Source of the DNA: Squalus acanthias
Taxonomy: Eukaryota
Assembly (NCBI GenBank): GCA_030390025.1
Contig: JASTWF010000333.1
Span: forward strand, 434,001-498,000
Length of the DNA stretch: 64,000 nucleotides
Reading direction: 5' to 3'
A model generated the notes under the pieces. That model worked only from the letters and a program-made list of their open reading frames with translations. It was not told the DNA's origin and ran no database searches. Position numbers and translations under genes: made by a program. How positions within the stretch are numbered: position 1 is the first letter of the stretch; every line of letters begins with the position of its first letter. This document shows, one piece after another, positions 58,946-64,000 of the stretch.

Positions 58946-61900
58946 GAATCATCCTCACACACACACACACACCCTGAATCATCCTCACACACACACACAC
59001 AACCTGAATCATCCTCACACACACCCTGAATCATCCTCACACACACACACCTGAATCATCCTCACACAGACACACCCTGAATCATCCTCACACACACACA
59101 CACCCTGAATCATCCTCACACACACAGATACACCCTGAATCACCCTCACACACACACACACCCTGAATCATCCTCACACACACACACACCCTGAATCATC
59201 CTCACACACACACACACCCTGAATCATCCTCACACAAACACACACCCTGAATCATCCTCACACACACACACACCCTGAATCATCCTCACACACACACCCT
59301 GAATCATCCTCACACACACACACACCCTGAATCATCCTCACACACACACACACCCTGAATCTTCCTCACACACACACCCTGAATCATCCTCACACACACA
59401 CACACACACACCCTGAATCATCCTCACACACACACACCCTGAGCATCAACACACACACACACACCCTGAATCATCCTCACACACACACACACACTGAATC
59501 ATCCTCACACACACACACACACCCTGAATCATCCTCACACACACACACACCCTGAATCATCCTCACACACACACACACACACCCTGAATCATCCTCACAC
59601 ACACACAAACACACCCTGAATAATCCTCACACACACACACACAGCATGAATCATCCTCACACACACACCCTGAATCATCCTCACACACACACAAACACAC
59701 CCTGAATCATCCTCACACACACACACCCTGAATCATCCACACACACACACACACCCTGAATCATCCTCACACCCACACACACACCCTGAATCACTCTCAC
59801 ACACACACACACTGAATCATCCTCACACACACATACACACCCTGAATCATCCTCACACACACACACACACCCTGAATCATCCTCACACACACACACCCTG
59901 AATCATCCTCACACACTCACACCTTGAATCATCCTCACACACGCACACCCTGAATCATCCTCACACACACATACACACCCTGAATCATCCTCACACACAC
60001 ACACACACCCTGAATCATCCTCACACACACACACACCCTGAATCATCCTCACACACACACAAACCCTGAATCATCCTCACACACTCACACCTTGAATCAT
60101 CCTCACACACACACACACTGAATCATCCTCACACACACACACCTGAATCATCCTCACACAGACACACCCTGAATCATCCTCACACACACACACACCCTGA
60201 ATCACCCTCACACACACACACCCTGAATCATCCTCACACACACACACCCTGAATCATCCTCACACACATACCTGAATCATCCTCACACACACACTGAATC
60301 ATCCTCACATACACAGACACACCCTGAATCACCCTCACACACACACACACCCTGAATCATCCTCACACACACACACACACACCCTGAATCATCCTCACCC
60401 ACACACACACACCCTGAATCATCCTCACACACACACACACCTGAATCGTCCTCACACACACACACACCCTGAATCATCCTCACACACACACACACACCCT
60501 GAATCATCCTCACACACACACACCCTGAATCATCCTCACACACACACACCCTCAATCATCCTCACACACACACCCTGAATCATCCTCACACACACACCCT
60601 GAATCATCCTCACACACACACACTCACCCTGAATCATCCTCACACACACAGACACACCCTGAATCATCCTCACACACACACACACCCTGAATCATCCTCA
60701 CACACACATACCCTGAATCATCCTCACACACACAGACACACCCTGAATCATCCTCACACACACACACACACTGAATCATCCTCACACACACACACACCTG
60801 AATCATCCTCACACACACACACACCCTGAATCATCCTCACACACACACACACACCCTGAATCATCCTCACACACACACACACCCTGAATCATCCCCACAC
60901 GCACATCCTGAATCATCCTCATACACACACACCCTGAATCACCTCACACACACACACCCTGATTCATCCTCACACACAAACACACCCTGAATCAACCTCA
61001 CACACACACACACACCCTGAATCACCCTCACACACACACACACACCCTGAATCATCCTCACACACGCACACACCCTGAATCACCCTCACACACACACACA
61101 CCCTGAATCACCCTCACACACTCACACACCCTGAATCATCCTCACACACACACACACCCTGAATCACCCTCACACACACACACACCCTGAATCATCCTCA
61201 CACAAACACACACCCTGAATCATCCTCACACACACACACACCCTGAATCATCCTCACACACACACACCCTGAATCATCCTCACACACACACACACCCTGA
61301 ATCATCCTCACACACACACACACCCTGAATCTTCCTCACACACACACCCTGAATCATCCTCACACACACACACACACACACCCTGAATCATCCTCACACA
61401 CACACACCCTGAGCATCAACACACACACACACACCCTGAATCATCCTCACACACACACACACACTGAATCATCCTCACACACACACACACACCCTGAATC
61501 ATCCTCACACACACACACACCCTGAATCATCCTCACACACACACACACACACCCTGAATCATCCTCACACACACACAACACACCCTGAATAATCCTCACA
61601 CACACACACACACCATGAATCATCCTCACACACACACCCTGAATCATCCTCACACACACACAAACACACCCTGAATCATCCTCACACACACACACCCTGA
61701 ATCATCCACACACACACACACACCCTGAATCATCCTCACACCCACACACACACCCTGAATCACTCTCACACACACACACACTGAATCATCCTCACACACA
61801 CATACACACCCTGAATCATCCTCACACACACACACACCCTGAATCATCCTCACACACACACACCCTGAATCATCCTCACACACTCACACCTTGAATCATC

Positions 61901-64000
61901 CTCACACACGCACACCCTGAATCATCCTCACACACACATACACACCCTGAATCATCCTCACACACACACACACACCCTGAATCATCCTCACACACACACA
62001 CACCCTGAATCATCCTCACACACACACAAACCCTGAATCATCCTCACACACACACACCTTGAATCATCCTCACACACACACACACTGAATCATCCTCACA
62101 CACACACACCCTGAATCATCCTCACACAGACACACCCTGAATCATCCTCACACACACACACACCTGAATCACCCTCACACACACACACCCTGAATCAACT
62201 CACACACACACACCCTGAATCATCCTCACACACACACACCCTGAATCATCCTCACACACACACCTGAATCATCCTCACACACACACCTGAATCATCCTCA
62301 CAACACAGACACACCCTGAATCACCCTCACACACACACACACCCTGAATCATCCTCACACACACACACCCTGAATCATCCTCACCACACACACACACCCT
62401 GAATCATCCTCACACACACACACACCTGAATCATCCTCACACACACACACACACCCTGAATCATCCTCACACACACACACACACCCTGAATCATCCTCAC
62501 ACACACACACCCTGAATCATCCTCACACACACACACACCCTGAATCATCCTCACACACACACACCCTGAATCATCCTCACACACACACCCTGAATCATCC
62601 TCACACACACACCCTGAATCATCCTCACACACACACACTCACCCTGAATCATCCTCACACACACAGACACACCCTGAATCATCCTCACACACACACACAC
62701 CCTGAATCATCCTCACACACACACACCCTGAATCATCCTCACACACACAGACACACCCTGAATCATCCTCACACACACACACACACTGAATCATCCTCAC
62801 ACACACACACACACTGAATCATCCTCACACACACACACACCCTGAATCATCCTCACACACACACACACACCCTGAATCATCCTCACACACACACACACCC
62901 TGAATCATCCCCACACGCACATCCTGAATCATCCTCATACACACACACCCTGAATCCACCTCACACACACACACCCTGATTCATCCTCACACACAAACAC
63001 ACCCTGAATCAACCTCACACACACACACACACCCTGAATCACCCTCACACACAAACACACACACCCTGAATCATCCTCACACACGCACACACCCTGAATC
63101 ACCCTCACACACACACACCCTGAATCACCCTCACACACTCACACACCCTGAATCATCCTCACACACACACACACCCTGAATCACCCTCACACACACACAC
63201 TGAATCACCCTCACACACACACACACCCTGAATCATCCTCACACTCACACACACACCCTGAATCATCCTCACACACACACACACCCCCTGAATCATCCTC
63301 ACACACACACACACCCTGAATCATCCTCACACACACACACACCCTGAATCATCCTCACACACACACCCTGAATCATACTCACACACACACACCCTGAATC
63401 CTCCTCACACACACACACACACTGAATCATCCTCACACACACACACACCCTGAATCATCCTCACACACACACACACCCTGAATCTTCCTCACACACACAC
63501 ACAACTGAACCATCCTCACACACACACACACCCTGAATCATCCTCACACACACACACCCTGAATCATCCTCACACACACACACCCTGAATCATCCTCACA
63601 CACACACACACCTGAATCATCCTCACACACACACACACACACACCCTGAATCATCCTCACCCACACGCACACACCCTGAATCATCCTCACACACACAGAC
63701 ACACACCCTGAAACAAACTCACACACACACACACACCCTGAATCATCCTCACACACACACACCCTGAATCATCCTCACACACACACACACCCTGAATCAT
63801 CCTCACACACACACACCCTGAATCATCCTCACACACACACACACACACCCTGAATCATCCTCACACACACACCCTGAATCATCCTCACACACACACACTC
63901 ACCCTGAATCATCCTCACACACACAGACACACCCTGAATCATCCTCACACACACACACACCCTGAATCATCCTCACACACACACACCCTGAATCATCCTC
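38506..64000. repeat. Satellite array, monomer CCTGAATCATCCT(CA)n (mostly ~24-36 bp), with higher-order repeats; runs off window end
   Basis: Uninterrupted tandem of a constant ~13-bp core plus a variable CA tract. Rare variants recur at ~2.1-2.25 kb and ~5.3 kb spacing. Confidence 0.97.

Noticed and set aside
38379..64000. Dozens of Cys/Val-rich ORFs (CVCEDDSG, VRMIQG) and His/Thr-rich ORFs
   Set aside because: They are translations of the (CA)n satellite, with no coding evidence.
38506..64000. Constant core plus variable spacer superficially resembling a CRISPR array; TGAATCA resembles an AP-1 site
   Set aside because: The spacers are only CA tracts, the context is eukaryotic and there are no cas genes. 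The central A departs from the TGA(C/G)TCA consensus, and no function can be shown.

Overview
Eukaryotic, TE-saturated vertebrate DNA with no recognisable host gene. The CR1/HER1-type LINE tails, DeuSINE-like and Penelope repeats suggest a cartilaginous fish; this is an inference, not shown directly. There are three zones. (1) 1-22.2 kb is a nest of mostly decayed transposons: LINE fragments, SINEs, several PIF/Harbinger elements (transposase plus convergent Myb/SANT gene), MITEs, a young 5'-truncated CR1 with an 871-aa open ORF2, and Penelope-like elements carrying hammerhead-ribozyme motifs. (2) 22.2-38.5 kb is a very young endogenous retrovirus-like element that best fits the lokiretrovirus type. 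It is present as a partial tandem: [pol tail-env]-LTR-gag-pol-env-LTR, with 1663-bp LTRs. Its unusual features are a tRNA-Arg PBS overlapping the gag ATG, an in-frame UGA-CUAG gag/pol readthrough junction, dual RNase H, overlapping PSAP/PPSY late domains, an Env with an Ig-like module in front of a long Cys-rich class I fusion subunit, and a highly structured U5. (3) 38.5-64 kb is a CCTGAATCATCCT(CA)n satellite with roughly 2.1-2.25 kb and 5.3 kb higher-order periodicity. All calls were made by eye; no searches or folding were run.
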